Shown: positions 38,860 through 50,200 of the stretch, piece by piece
Numbering within the stretch: the stretch's first letter is position 1
Layout: the number at the start of each line of letters is the position of its first letter
Assembly: GCA_013265495.1 (NCBI GenBank)
Contig: MU060547.1
Coordinates: forward strand, 9,077,643-9,141,642
DNA from: Vicugna vicugna
Taxonomy: Eukaryota
Direction: 5' to 3'
Length of the DNA stretch: 64,000 bases
The notes under the pieces: model-generated
Seen by the model: the letters and a program-made list of their open reading frames with translations, nothing else
Databases searched by the model: none
What the model was told of the DNA's origin: nothing
Made by a program: the position numbers and the translations under genes

Positions 38860-39077
38860 GAGGCGTAGTGGCGGCGGCGGGAGCGCGCGGCGGCGGCGGC
38901 GGCGGCGGCGGGTGCGAGGCGCGGGCTGTTGTGCTCCCAGCTCTCCTCTTTCCCCTCCTTGGCGGGTGGAGGAGGCCGAAGCAGTGCTGGGCGCGCTCCC
39001 TTTCCTCTCCCTCCGGCCACCTCCCCCAGCCCTCTCGCGCTGCGCGGTCTCTCCGACGCAAGACTGTCCCGGCCCGG
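38860..39077 (+). other. ZNF706: ZNF706 non-coding exon 1 (5' UTR); TSS approximate
   Basis: GC-rich leader with no ATG, ending CCGACGCAAGACTGTCCCGGCCCGG|GTGAGC (GT at 39078-39079). Matches my recollection of the human ZNF706 5' UTR. Confidence 0.8.
38888..38911 (+). repeat. (CGG)8 trinucleotide repeat in the ZNF706 leader, preceded by (GGC)3GG at 38870-38880
   Basis: Counted directly from the sequence. Confidence 0.97.
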
Positions 39078-41639
39078 GTGAGCGGCTGTGGGGGCGGCGC
39101 TGACGCCGCAGGACGCCCGGGGGCCGGGGTGGGGGCCCGCCGGCGAGGTCGGCTGGGACCGTAGGGGGGTCACCGCGGGTCGCGAGGGGCCGGCGGCCTG
39201 CCCCGCCTCCCCGGGGGCAGCGGAGCCCGTCCTGTCCCGGCGCGGGCCGCGGAAGGAGGGCTAGCTCGGGCGCCTGCCAGGCCCTGCAGGTGGCCGGGTC
39301 GCAGGCTGGCCGCGGCAGCGGAGCGGTAACCTTACCCCCTGGCGACAGCAGCTGCTCTTGAGGCCGGGGCACCCCGTGGCCCAAGGGGCCGGGTTTCTGG
39401 CAGCCGAGGCCTCCTGGAGGCGCATCTCGGGCCGGGGTCCGTGAGGAGTGGCTGGTAGGTAGGAGCTGTGTGGCTCTGGGTGGCGGAAAAGAGGAGCGGG
39501 CTCTTCGAGGCGGGAGAAGCCGGTTTGGGAAGGAAGGCGCGCTGGGCTGCAGCTGGGGTCAGTGAAGTGCTGGGTGAAATAGACCTTCCTGCTGGTGCTT
39601 TCACCCTTACTCCTCTCCCGAAAGAATGTAGTTAAAAAGCCAGGGTCAGGGTGCTGCTTGGGCCTCTTCGTTTCGTTTAGTTATGGAGATGGATCCTACT
39701 TCCTGGATCCAAAATCTTTTTTTTCTCTCTTACTCGTTTGTTTTGGTTTTAAGAGGATCTTTGGGGCAGTGCTTACTTGTTGCCTCCTGTAAGAGCTCAT
39801 TTTGGAAGAACTCGCTGTTCGCTCTACTACTTCCCTCTTTGAAGCCCCCGTAAGAATTATATTAAAAGCTAGCTAGCTTTTAGGTATTTGTAAATGACTT
39901 CTCGTTCCTCAGTTTGTTGTATTTAATGAAGGACAAGTTATGCTTAGTTGTGCTTAAGGTTTTGTAGAAAATTCGATTGGCTTGAGAGCAAGTCCTAAGT
40001 TGAGCTGTCCAAAAGCAGGTGGCTTGTTCGTTTGCATTTCTGCTTTCAGAAAGGAAATCAATGCAACGTGGTGTTAGAACTTGGGGGTGGGGGTAGGGGG
40101 GAGCAATCTCACGCGTTTAGACTGTTTGATTCGATTTCCTTTACTTAGTTAACGTTTAGTTTTGTTTTAAAAATAAGCAACCACTGTCTTTTATTTATTA
40201 AAGCTTTTATTACGTTTTTGTTACTTTTGTTAGATGACAGTGAAAGTTGGTTAAATCTATTGTGTAATGTTATATTAGGAGAAATGGTAACTGTAAAAGT
40301 TAAAAATAGTATGCATCTAATGGCATTGCTTTGTACAGATTCTGCATAAAAATGTTATAAAAATAGCTAACTTCTAGATATCAAAGAAGCTTCTAGAATT
40401 AGTAGCTTGTCATTTTATAACTTTTTTAATGTTAAACAATTAAGAGGTTACCCATACAGTCAGTATATTAACATACATAGCATACATTGTGTGGAAAAGT
40501 TCAGATTCGTGAGAAGACTGAAGTATTCTGACATAAGGTACTGAGACTAAGGCATTGAGACATTAAGAACGTTACAGACATTGAGTTATGTAAAGATTGA
40601 ATACCTGACTACCATCATCCAAGTAATAGAAAAGTATCCAAACCTGTTTCCATGGGAATAGGTTTGTAAGTGTGCCGTAAATGTACTTAAAAAAAAATCA
40701 TTCCATTTTGCTTGGAATTAATAAGGGTTTGGTTTTTTAAAAAAATAACAAAAATGGAAGTTTAGTCTTAAAGGGCTAATACATCTGGTAATATTTACCA
40801 TTATTTAGTGGTCTTATATTCAGCTAGCATACTAAACCCTTTTGTAATTTGTTAAAATATTCGGCCAACTTCCTAGAAAAGGATTGATCCTCCTTTATAT
40901 TTTGACTGTTGATTCAGTGTTTAATGCTAATGGGAACTTGTCCACTCCGTGTATTTATTTTTTTCAGTTTCCTTTTTTCTTTTTGGGAGAAGCTCATGTA
41001 TTTCAATGAAATGCTTTGACCTCGTATCTGTTAACTAGTTAGGGTTCTAGTCAGAAAAGGGCAGCACTCTTTGTTTTCTGGTGAAGTTGTAGACCCATTG
41101 TGTGTTCATGTCCTGCAATGATTTAAGTTTAAAATTTAATTGCAGTGCTAGTCAAAACTATACATAGGAATTCCACTTAGACCCAATTTTAAAGTATTTA
41201 AAAAGCAGCTGAGACTCATTATATAGACCTTTTATAGTTTAACTTTTGTTGTCTAAATGAAGTCTTTAATTTTAATGAAAAGTAAAAGTAGCTTTTTACC
41301 CCTTAATTTTTGACCAGTTAGGTTCATTTCAGATCATCAGCAGTAAAAAGTGGTATCTTTCATGTTTGTAAAGGTACCCTTAATCTTATTTAATAATTTG
41401 TCCAACAGTCCTACAAAGACCAATTTTTTTTAGAGAAAATAGCACAGTAGTTTTATGAAACTTGAGTTTTTAAGAGAACAGTTCCTGTTACTCCTCTGAG
41501 CTCCTTTAGAAGCGTTAGATAATAGCTTTTTTTTTTTTTCTGTTAAAAGTTGTCAGAATCTCAAGTTACAACAGTGACTATGGGGAGGGAAAACTGCCTT
41601 GCAAAAGAGCAAACAAATGATTGAGGAAGGGGCTAAACT

Positions 41640-42180
41640 ATTTTTTTGGTAATTCCATATAGGAAACTGCACAAATCTTAGGTATGTAGATAACTCAGTA
41701 ACTTTTTAGAAGTGAGCATACCTGTGTAACTGTTACCCAGATCAAGATACAGAACATTATCAGCAACGCAAAAATCCTCCTCATGCACTTTCTTTCCAGC
41801 ATTACCTCCTGGATTAGTTTTGCCTGTTTTGAACTTCATACAGCATATGTTCTTTGTATCTGGCTTCTTTACTTTAACACTGAGATACAACCTTATTGTT
41901 ACTTGTAACAGTAGTTCCTTCTCTCTGAATGTTGTGTAGTATTCATTGTATAAATCTGCCACAGGTTATGTATCCACCTTACTATTAATAGGCATTTGGA
42001 TTGTTTCCAGTTTTGGAAGGAGGTGCTTGGAACATTCTTGAACTGTATCTTTTGTTGTTCATACGTTTGCATTTTTGTTGAATATATACCAAGAATCGAA
42101 TTGTGAGGTTTTGGAACAGATGACTAGTTTTTACAGTGGTTGTACCAACTTATCCTCTAATAGCATTGTATGTGAGAATT
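41640..42180 (-). mobile_element. Old L1 (L1ME/MD-like) 3' fragment in ZNF706 intron 1
   Basis: CCCAGATCAAGATACAGAACATTATCAGCA...; GGCATTTGGATTGTTTCCAGTTTTGG. Confidence 0.7.
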
Positions 42181-42270
42181 CGAAAATCCGTACATTTTGA
42201 TTGACAACTGTTTCTATAAAACTTAACTCTTCAACTCTGATAGAGTATTGTCATACTGAGATTTCACTCT

Positions 42271-42450
42271 NNNNNNNNNNNNNNNNNNNNNNNNNNNNNN
42301 NNNNNNNNNNNNNNNNNNNNNNNNNNNNNNNNNNNNNNNNNNNNNNNNNNNNNNNNNNNNNNNNNNNNNNNNNNNNNNNNNNNNNNNNNNNNNNNNNNNN
42401 NNNNNNNNNNNNNNNNNNNNNNNNNNNNNNNNNNNNNNNNNNNNNNNNNN
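42271..42450 (+). CDS. ZNF706: Inferred location of the ZNF706 first coding exon (~45 N-terminal aa), hidden in an N-run
   Basis: The N-terminal coding sequence (MARGQQKIQSQQ...CTVCR) is not visible between 39078 and 44207. The only N-run in that interval is 180 nt, enough for a ~137-nt exon plus splice sites. Inference only; no bases are visible. Confidence 0.6.
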
Positions 42451-42969
42451 AGCTTTCTCGTGCACAGTTCTTTCATTAGAGATTGGTTTGTATACATTAA
42501 AATTTTGCAAACCTGGCAAGATAAATACTTTATTGAAATAGTAGATTTGAGAGCTAGTTGTTTTAAGAACCCCTAGTCATCTATTCAACAAATATATTTT
42601 TTGAATGGCTCCTCTGGCCAAGCACAATTCTCTATGTGTTCGTGAAAAGGAGTAAACAAAACAAAATCCCTTTCCTCTCCAGAATAAAGATGTCCTTTTT
42701 TCCTCATCCAGAATAAAGATGTCCTTTTTTTTTTTTAAAGATGTTTTCTTAAGGGCAAATAACACACTTTGAACTTCGTAAGAAAGTCAGGTCTTCGTTC
42801 TTAATTTAGAGCTGTGTAAAATATCTCTGGTTATATAATTGGCTTTTTTTTCTGCTTTACTAAATTCATAGCTAAGATGTCTGCAAAACTAAATAGAGTA
42901 TATTCACACTGAGGGCTTTTACTGGAATTAATATGAAATATTAATATTAATATTTATTAGATTAGAGTG

Positions 42970-43210
42970 ATTTAAGTGCTTACCAGGTGCCAGACCCTGA
43001 TCCAAGTGTTTTATAAGTACAAGCCCATTAATTCACACAACAACCCTATGATATAAAGTATTTTTCTTCTCATTTTATGGAAGAATAAATTGAGTCATGG
43101 GGACTAAATAACTTATGCAGGGTCACCCAGCCAGTATGTAGAAGAGCTGGGGTCTGAACCCAGGCAGCCCAGCTCCAGAGTCCCCCCTCTCGACCGCTAT
43201 ACCACACTGC
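42970..43210 (-). mobile_element. MIR in ZNF706 intron 2 (a second MIR lies on + at ~43760-43950)
   Basis: CACAACAACCCTATGA...ATTTTATGGAAG...CAGGGTCACCCAGCCAGT...GGGTCTGAACCCAGGCAG. Confidence 0.8.
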
Positions 43211-44207
43211 CTCAAGGAAGTATGTCTTAAATTCCAAGCCAGAGTCTCTTTCTTGCCTGTTTGTTTACACTCATCACCCTTGAAGTTAGTGAATAAAAGT
43301 GCCAAAGGAAAAAGGCATAGTGAGGTTGGTCCAGTACCCACACACTCCCCCACCCCCAGCCCTGTACCTGGGTAAGATTGGTAGAATGGATGGAAAGGAA
43401 TCTTGATAAGACTGGATTCCTGGACTAGAGTTTATCATCTATTGAAGTCATTACTGAGAAAAGAGAAGTTCCTAGCTACATAAAAATTCTCATTAATCTA
43501 AGAGAGGACATCTATTAACATTAAGTAACTTGTTCATACTGAGCTTTGATATACTCAATATGATGAAATTGAGCAGCTTCAGTTTCTGTTTGGAAAGAGG
43601 CAAGGTAAAACTAAATTTCACTAAATGACTAGGGAGGAAATACTTTGACCTAGAAGTACTACAGTAGTTCATCTCTTTGAAAACTCAAAACAGCAAAAAA
43701 TGTTTGTTTTATTGAATTTAATGTGTTGAAGAATGAATAATTGAAGGCCCCTGCCTAGGTAAGTCAGTACAGTGTAGTGTTTGAGAGCTGGAGTACCAGG
43801 TTAAAACATTGGTCTTGGACAAGTTAAACTCTAGGTTTTAGTTTCCTTAGCATATAAAATGAGGATAGTAGGAACTGATTTAAGATTACTGAAAGGTTCT
43901 TTGAGAATTTAGGTAACATGCTTAACAGTGTGCTCAGTAAATGCTACCTGTTGTTTATTGTTAATCAGAAAAGTCATATTTCATTCCATGTGACTCACCC
44001 CTTCTTCGTATGTGAAATGTGGGAATACGTTAGGAATTTCTTTGTTATAAGGTCCTTTTTCCTATGCCAGCCATCATGTTATAGGAGTTTTAAAGTGTTT
44101 TGTGATAATTGTCTGTTGTGAGCAGGCTCAGGGTTTTTAAAGTTAGCACATTTTTATTTCATGAATCGGGTCTAACTCTTCTTTTTTTGCACAATTTTAA
44201 AAATTAG

Positions 44208-44303
44208 ACACAAATGCCAGACCCTAAAACCTTCAAGCAGCACTTTGAGAGCAAGCATCCTAAGACTCCACTTCCTCCAGAATTAGCTGACGTTCAGGCA
44301 TGA
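44208..44303 (+). CDS. ZNF706: ZNF706 last coding exon: C-terminal 31 aa plus stop (TQMPDPKTFKQHFESKHPKTPLPPELADVQA*)
   Basis: Manual translation from 44208, after the acceptor ...AAATTAG, matches the ZNF706 C-terminus as I recall it, including the H-x4-H half of the C2H2 finger. TGA at 44301-44303. Donor ACAG|GTAAC follows 44315, giving a 108-nt exon. Not in the ORF track because it is short. Confidence 0.96.
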   Translation, partial: TQMPDPKTFKQHFESKHPKTPLPPELADVQA

Positions 44304-45007
44304 AGTTGTTTACAGGTAACTGACCTTTTCTTCTTTTCATTTATTAATGTCAGGGTTGGATACAAGAGCAGAATTATCTTCTGTAATTGTGAAATTGATT
44401 TCTATCTTATAGCTGAGACTTCATCACTGCCCCTTTTTAAGTTAATGTTTAACTTTACAATTGTTAAAAGTCCATTTTCCCAGACCATAACTTTCCTATG
44501 CCTTTGAAACATCCAAGTTTTTACCCCTGTAGCCAAAAATGGGATGAGGTAATGCTGGCCATCTCTGGTCCAAGAATGGAAGAAAGTTTTCAGCTTAAAG
44601 AAAAAATTACTATTTCAAGAATATTTGAGGGTCTTGCTTCTAGAAATGCTGCAGACCAAAGTTTGTAAGTGCTTTTTTGCAGATGTTTTACTTACAGTGC
44701 TTAGCAGAGCTTCTAAGTACATTAAATAAAATATAAGGTAAAATGTGGGCATACACTGTATAAACTTGGTAGTTTCTTGAAAATAATCAGTTTATACTTT
44801 ATGTGTGGTTGGAATTTTTTTCCCTAAATGGTGGTGATGGTATATCTGAGAATTATTCCTTTTTAAGGTAAATCTACCAAAAGATCTGTTATAAAATTTA
44901 GTTGACAGATCAGACTAACTTCATAGCTTAAGCATGTACTTTTTTAGACATTTGAAATGAATTTAAGTCACATTTATGTAATGCTTACAAGTTCACTGAA
45001 ATTTTTT

Positions 45008-47170
45008 NNNNNNNNNNNNNNNNNNNNNNNNNNNNNNNNNNNNNNNNNNNNNNNNNNNNNNNNNNNNNNNNNNNNNNNNNNNNNNNNNNNNNNNNNNNNN
45101 NNNNNNNNNNNNNNNNNNNNNNNNNNNNNNNNNNNNNNNNNNNNNNNNNNNNNNNNNNNNNNNNNNNNNNNNNNNNNNNNNNNNNNNNNNNNNNNNNNNN
45201 NNNNNNNNNNNNNNNNNNNNNNNNNNNNNNNNNNNNNNNNNNNNNNNNNNNNNNNNNNNNNNNNNNNNNNNNNNNNNNNNNNNNNNNNNNNNNNNNNNNN
45301 NNNNNNNNNNNNNNNNNNNNNNNNNNNNNNNNGGATAAATGGTTCTAGAAATTCTGTTCTGACTTTCTACATTATTTGCCTTATAAAAATCTAATGAATT
45401 CATCAGCTAGGATTGTAAGCGCAATTTTTATTTTCCTTTCTCAGCTCAGTGGCAGGTTCGTTAGTTAAACTAGAGTAGACTCATGCATTAAATCTGTGCA
45501 CACAATTTTATGGGCAGCTGCTGACCTAGGTGAAGAATGACTTACCTGCTGCCTTAGTATATTACAGTCATGTGTCATTTTCCTCTCTTCTTGTTTCCTG
45601 TGTTTGAGGTTGGAACATTTCAACTTGCTGTGTGACTTGGCTATACCTGCCAGCCAGGTATAGCCTGGAGATAACTGATAAATTCCTTAAAGTGGTTGGG
45701 TTCTCAGTGAGCCCTTCTGAAAAATTATGCTCTGAAGTATATGCCACAACGAAATAATCAGTAAGCCTATTGTTTAATAGAAAATATGATGGAACATACG
45801 TGAACTGGTGAAGAGCTATCTTTTATAAATTATACTACATTCTTTGAAAATTCTTCAAGTTTATTTTGAAATTGAAACTCATAATTTTCAAAGGAGTTTT
45901 TGGAAGTTACTAACAAGTTGGCCAATTTATGAATGGATTTTATATTAACAGAAAGATTGGAATGACTTGTGGCTGAGTTAATTCCCAGAACCTTCTCTTC
46001 CCTTTCCTTTTTAAGTGAGTAGTTGATTTTAGGAGTTTACCTTGTACTGGTTCCTAAAATCAAAGGCTGTGGACAGTATGACTTCCATCTGAACTAGAAA
46101 AGTATTAAAATAGGCCAACATCCACATTCTTTTGTCTCTGAGGATGATGGGGAAGTGGGTTGGTTCCAATGAATGAGGTAAATCCTACCCAGTTAAAAAA
46201 GACTAATTTTAGGGTTCTTCTAATTTACTCTTGCCAACTATTAACTCTACAAGTGAAACTGCTGTAACTCAGTTTAAATTTTAAAGTTTATATACTAGGA
46301 AGAACACTCATATTTGCCAGTAATCGCTTAGAGCCGCAGATCTGATCCTGTGGATTACAAGATGCCTTCCCTCTTTCTGCTGTAACTCACCACTGCATTT
46401 GTCTTTGCAGCTGTGCATATTTCTGCCCACCTTGTTTGTCTTCACTGTAAGTTTAAGATATTCCCAAGGAAAGGCTTCAGTGGTGACTGTTTCTTAGTAA
46501 CTCCTATTACACTCTTGCTTTAAGATAGTCATTTTTTTCATGTATTTAATTTTCCTAAATTTCAGAATTAATATCTGTTAATTCCCAGTATGTTGGTTAC
46601 CAGAACGTTAGAATTTGCCTGTTTACTTACAATGGGTGTTACAGAAGTTCTGGTTAAATTACAATTTAAAGGTTTTTAAAAGTGCTTTGAGCATATGTAT
46701 GTTTATGTTAGTAACAAACCATTTAAAAACCTTTCACAAGTTTTAATTTTTTTCATTTGTTTTACTGACTGTAAATCAGAATAAAAGCTTTTTCTTGTAT
46801 TTACCCTCTTTCTATAAGCAGCTGAAGACACCATATTTAACTCTAGATCTCAGTGGTAGGGAAGTAGCTGCAATGCTCTCGCAGAAGACATAATTCTCAT
46901 ACTTTGTGTGAGGATTATTAGTGCAATCCCCTTTTTTGTGTTTGGGTTAAATCTGCTGTAAGGGAAAGATTACTGTTTTTAAACATCCTCATTATTTATT
47001 TGAAGATTCTTTAACAGATCACAGCAAAATTTGTTACAAAACTGTTATGGTGTCTTCAAAGACTTGACAAAATACACAGAGAGAATTGCTCTGTTTGTGC
47101 TCTGTATTTCCATTAGTTGCCAAAAGGAATGGGGTTAAGATTAAACTTGTTTCCATCCTCCNNNNNNNNN
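45008..47170 (+). other. ZNF706: ZNF706 terminal non-coding exon / long 3' UTR; 5' boundary hidden in N-run 45008-45332
   Basis: The donor after 44315 needs a downstream exon. A T-run enters the gap at 45002-45007. The following region is AT-rich and lacks obvious repeats, with AATAAA at 46780-46785 and ATTAAA at 47140-47145. Confidence 0.55.
47140..47145 (+). terminator. Candidate distal poly(A) signal of ZNF706 (ATTAAA); a second candidate AATAAA lies at 46780-46785
   Basis: Canonical hexamers near the end of the presumed 3' UTR, with a GT/T-rich tract after the adjacent gap (47294-47335). Confidence 0.4.
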
Positions 47171-49259
47171 NNNNNNNNNNNNNNNNNNNNNNNNNNNNNN
47201 NNNNNNNNNNNNNNNNNNNNNNNNNNNNNNNNNNNNNNNNNNNNNNNNNNNNNNNNNNNNNNNNNNNNNNNNNNNNNNNNNNNNNNNNNNNNNTATTGCC
47301 TCTTCCTGTTTTGTTTTTGTTTTTGTTTTTAATTTCTCAACTTAGAATTGTCTCTTGAGTGTAGAACTTGGTAGTTCTAAGGGTGGCAAGGTATTTCTTT
47401 CATTTCTCAATGTTTTCCCTTCAGTCTGTCTGTTTTGGGTCTGTAGAATCCTCTAAGAATTAAAGGAAAAAACTTGCTCTGAAACCTTGCTATATTGAAT
47501 AAATAGAAGTTTTTGGAAGGGGGAATAATTGGCTCTTAACTAAACCAAAAAATGCTTAGATCAGTTAATTGAATTGGATAGATTAATCTTTAAAGACATT
47601 GACTCAGATTTGAGATAGCACTTTTGGTTACTGTCTAGCTAATTAATCCCATCATAATTGAAACTTGAAATGTATGTAGCATGAATAGGATAGACCGCCA
47701 GCAGCACTGTTTTACCCCTCAAACCGTTGTTCTTCATTTTTTTAAATGTGTGGAATATATAGTACATGTTTTAAAATGTGGATAATGTAGAGGCCTTTTT
47801 TAATAATACAGTGATCAAGCACAGTCCAAACTATAACTGAAATACTATATTTTGTGAATCTACATTAATTCATTTGTGCTAGATTTTTCATTTTGGGGGT
47901 AGTGTTTGGTCTGCTTCAGTTTTGTTTGGAAATACATACTTTTTAGAGTGTATAGCAACGAAGATCAACACTAGGGGGTTGTGTTTACTGTGACTTTACA
48001 TTCTGAAATCTTTCAAGCCAGCTTAATTTTATCTGTTGTAAAAGTTTCAGGAAAACCAAGTGCTTCCAATGTGTAGATTTAATAAAGCATCTATCTACTT
48101 GGCTGAGAAAATAGATATTTTATTAACAAAAGTACAATCTGTCCTTATTAATTGTGGATTACCATATTAAACTGAAAATTAAATGTTTTCTATTTTAAAT
48201 GTTCTTTGGATAAGCTGTTTACTGAGTTACCATCTTTTTGGAGTTGTTTGTTTTTGTACAGACATTCTTTAGCTCTAATTTTTTGTACATATTATGGCTT
48301 CACATTTAAAATCTGCACATATACAGAGAGACTTCAGTCATTTTATCTCCATATGGGCATATCTACAGTGTAAAGTAATTATGCTAAAATCATACTGCTT
48401 TCTAATCATTTTATTTGTACAGTGTCATTGTTTCTTCACGTGTTATTAATAATGCGTAGGTTTTTGTAGACTTAAGTACCTCACTTTATCACTACCTCTG
48501 CCTTATGAAGTTCAGAATGGGACTTGCACTTTGGACTCTATTTTATTAAAATTTTAATTGAGAAATAGGCCATCATAGCGTTTCCCCTGTAGCAGTTTCT
48601 CTTAAAATAAGGTCTGTAGCTTGGGTGACCATACATCCTGGTTTGCCAAAGACCATCTTGGCTTAAATATTAATTTAATATTAATTGATACTTAATGTCA
48701 AGTTAGTATTAGATATGAAGTGTCTCATAAATCTTAATATTGCCCATGCTTACATGCACCAAGTTAGTTTATAAAGTCACTTGTATAAAACAACTGAGTG
48801 CTTCTTTTATATGTAGGATTAAAAAAGACTATGATTCCCAGAAATTCTTGCTAAATGGGAACATGGGGTACTGGCAAGGTTTGTCTTTTAAAGGCCTTGA
48901 ATCTGTTTAATTTTTTAAAAAATTATCCTACTGAGGCTTAAATGTCTGGTAAAATTAACTAGATTTTAAAACAAATGCCTTTATTCACAGGCATTCATAT
49001 AAACTTTATATTGTTTGTACCATGTTGTTCAGACTTTGTTACCTATTTATCTTTTCATCCAGAGGACTTAGGGGAAATGGCCAGTTGGGATTAGAGCTGC
49101 TGCCTTTTGGTCTAGAACACTTTTATGGAGTAGGGAAGGGAAATCTGCAGCATTGGCTGCAAGTCAGACATCCTCTGGGCTAGTGGTATTGAAAACCTAG
49201 GGCAATCTTGATTTTGATACAGGATGTTTCTACATATTATTTGATCTGGATCTCTAAAT

Positions 49260-50200
49260 TTTATAAACTGTTAATTTTGGAGTACTTGGAGACCTACAGA
49301 GAAGTTTTAAAGGTAGTACAAAAGAGTTCTTGTATCCCCTCACCCAATTTCAGTTGACTGTAATGTTACAATCTTAAAATTACTTGGTCAAAACTAGGAA
49401 ACCATCACTGATATGTTAACCATTAACTCTAGTTTATCTATAGTTGTGTTCCAAGATCCAATCCAGAATGCCACATTGCATTTACTTATCATTTCTTGGT
49501 CTCTTGTGGTCTGATTTTTCCTTAGTCTTCACCTTATTTTTTACGACCTTCACAATTTAGAGGTGCAGGAGGCTTGTTAAGAATGTCTCTCGGTTTGGAT
49601 TTGTCTGATGTTTTTCTCATGATTGTATCGGGTAACAGGTGAAGAGAAGCACAGAGGTGAAGTGCCCTTCTTACTGTACCGTCTTGGGGATGAGTGATCC
49701 CCACATGACGTCACTGGTGATGTTAGCCTTTGTCACTTGGTCAAGGTGCTGCCAGGTTTCTCCACTGGAAAGGTACTATTTTTTTCTTTCCATATTGCCA
49801 TCTTTTCAAACAAGTCCAGCTCTTACCCAAGGCGAGTGGGAATTTAGCTCCACCTCCTGGAGGGGAAATACCTATGTATATTATTTGGAATGATTCTATA
49901 AAGATGATTTGTTTCTTCTCCACACTTATTTATTCAATCATTTTTATCTGTACGGACTCATAATCCAGTACTTTTATTTATTTTCCTATTCAGATTATTC
50001 TGGCTTTGGCCATTGGAAGCTCTTTCAAATCGGCTCATGTGTCCCTTTGACATGCCCCATCCCTTTTTGAGCATTTTGTTACTGTGAGAAGCTCAAGGCT
50101 AATCGTGTTTTCCCTACCCCAGCTTTAGAATGAACCATTTCTCCAAAGAGCCCTGTTTCCTTTTGTTGGAGAATGGTATTTAGAAGCCAAGATCTAAGCA
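49260..50200 (-). mobile_element. L1MC/MD-like 3' end downstream of ZNF706
   Basis: TTCCAAGATCCAATCCAGAATGCCACATTGCATTTA...TTTGTCTGATGTTTTTCTCATGATT...GAAGCTCTTTCAAATCGGCTCATGTGTCCCTTTGACATGCCCC. Confidence 0.8.

Larger units (their letters stand above)
38290..39550. promoter_or_regulatory. CpG island / ZNF706 promoter
   Basis: Very high GC and CpG density. GC boxes at 38353-38361, 38696-38705 and 38792-38800; inverted CCAAT (ATTGG) at 38736-38740; ETS motif ACCGGAAG at 38749-38756; no TATA box near the main TSS. Confidence 0.93.

Noticed and set aside
38208-39604. Long ORFs over the CpG island (e.g. 38534-39103, 38761-39384) as independent genes
   Set aside because: Low-complexity Arg/Gly/Pro/Ala ORFs in several frames on both strands are expected from stop-codon scarcity in GC-rich DNA. 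I recognise no homology.
41333-41373. 41-nt cassette exon containing an ATG in intron 1
   Set aside because: The donor AAG|GTACCC is weak and there is no other support.
44316-44353. Pyrimidine tract plus CAG as the acceptor of the terminal exon
   Set aside because: It would give a 38-nt intron, below the usual minimum for mammalian spliceosomal introns.
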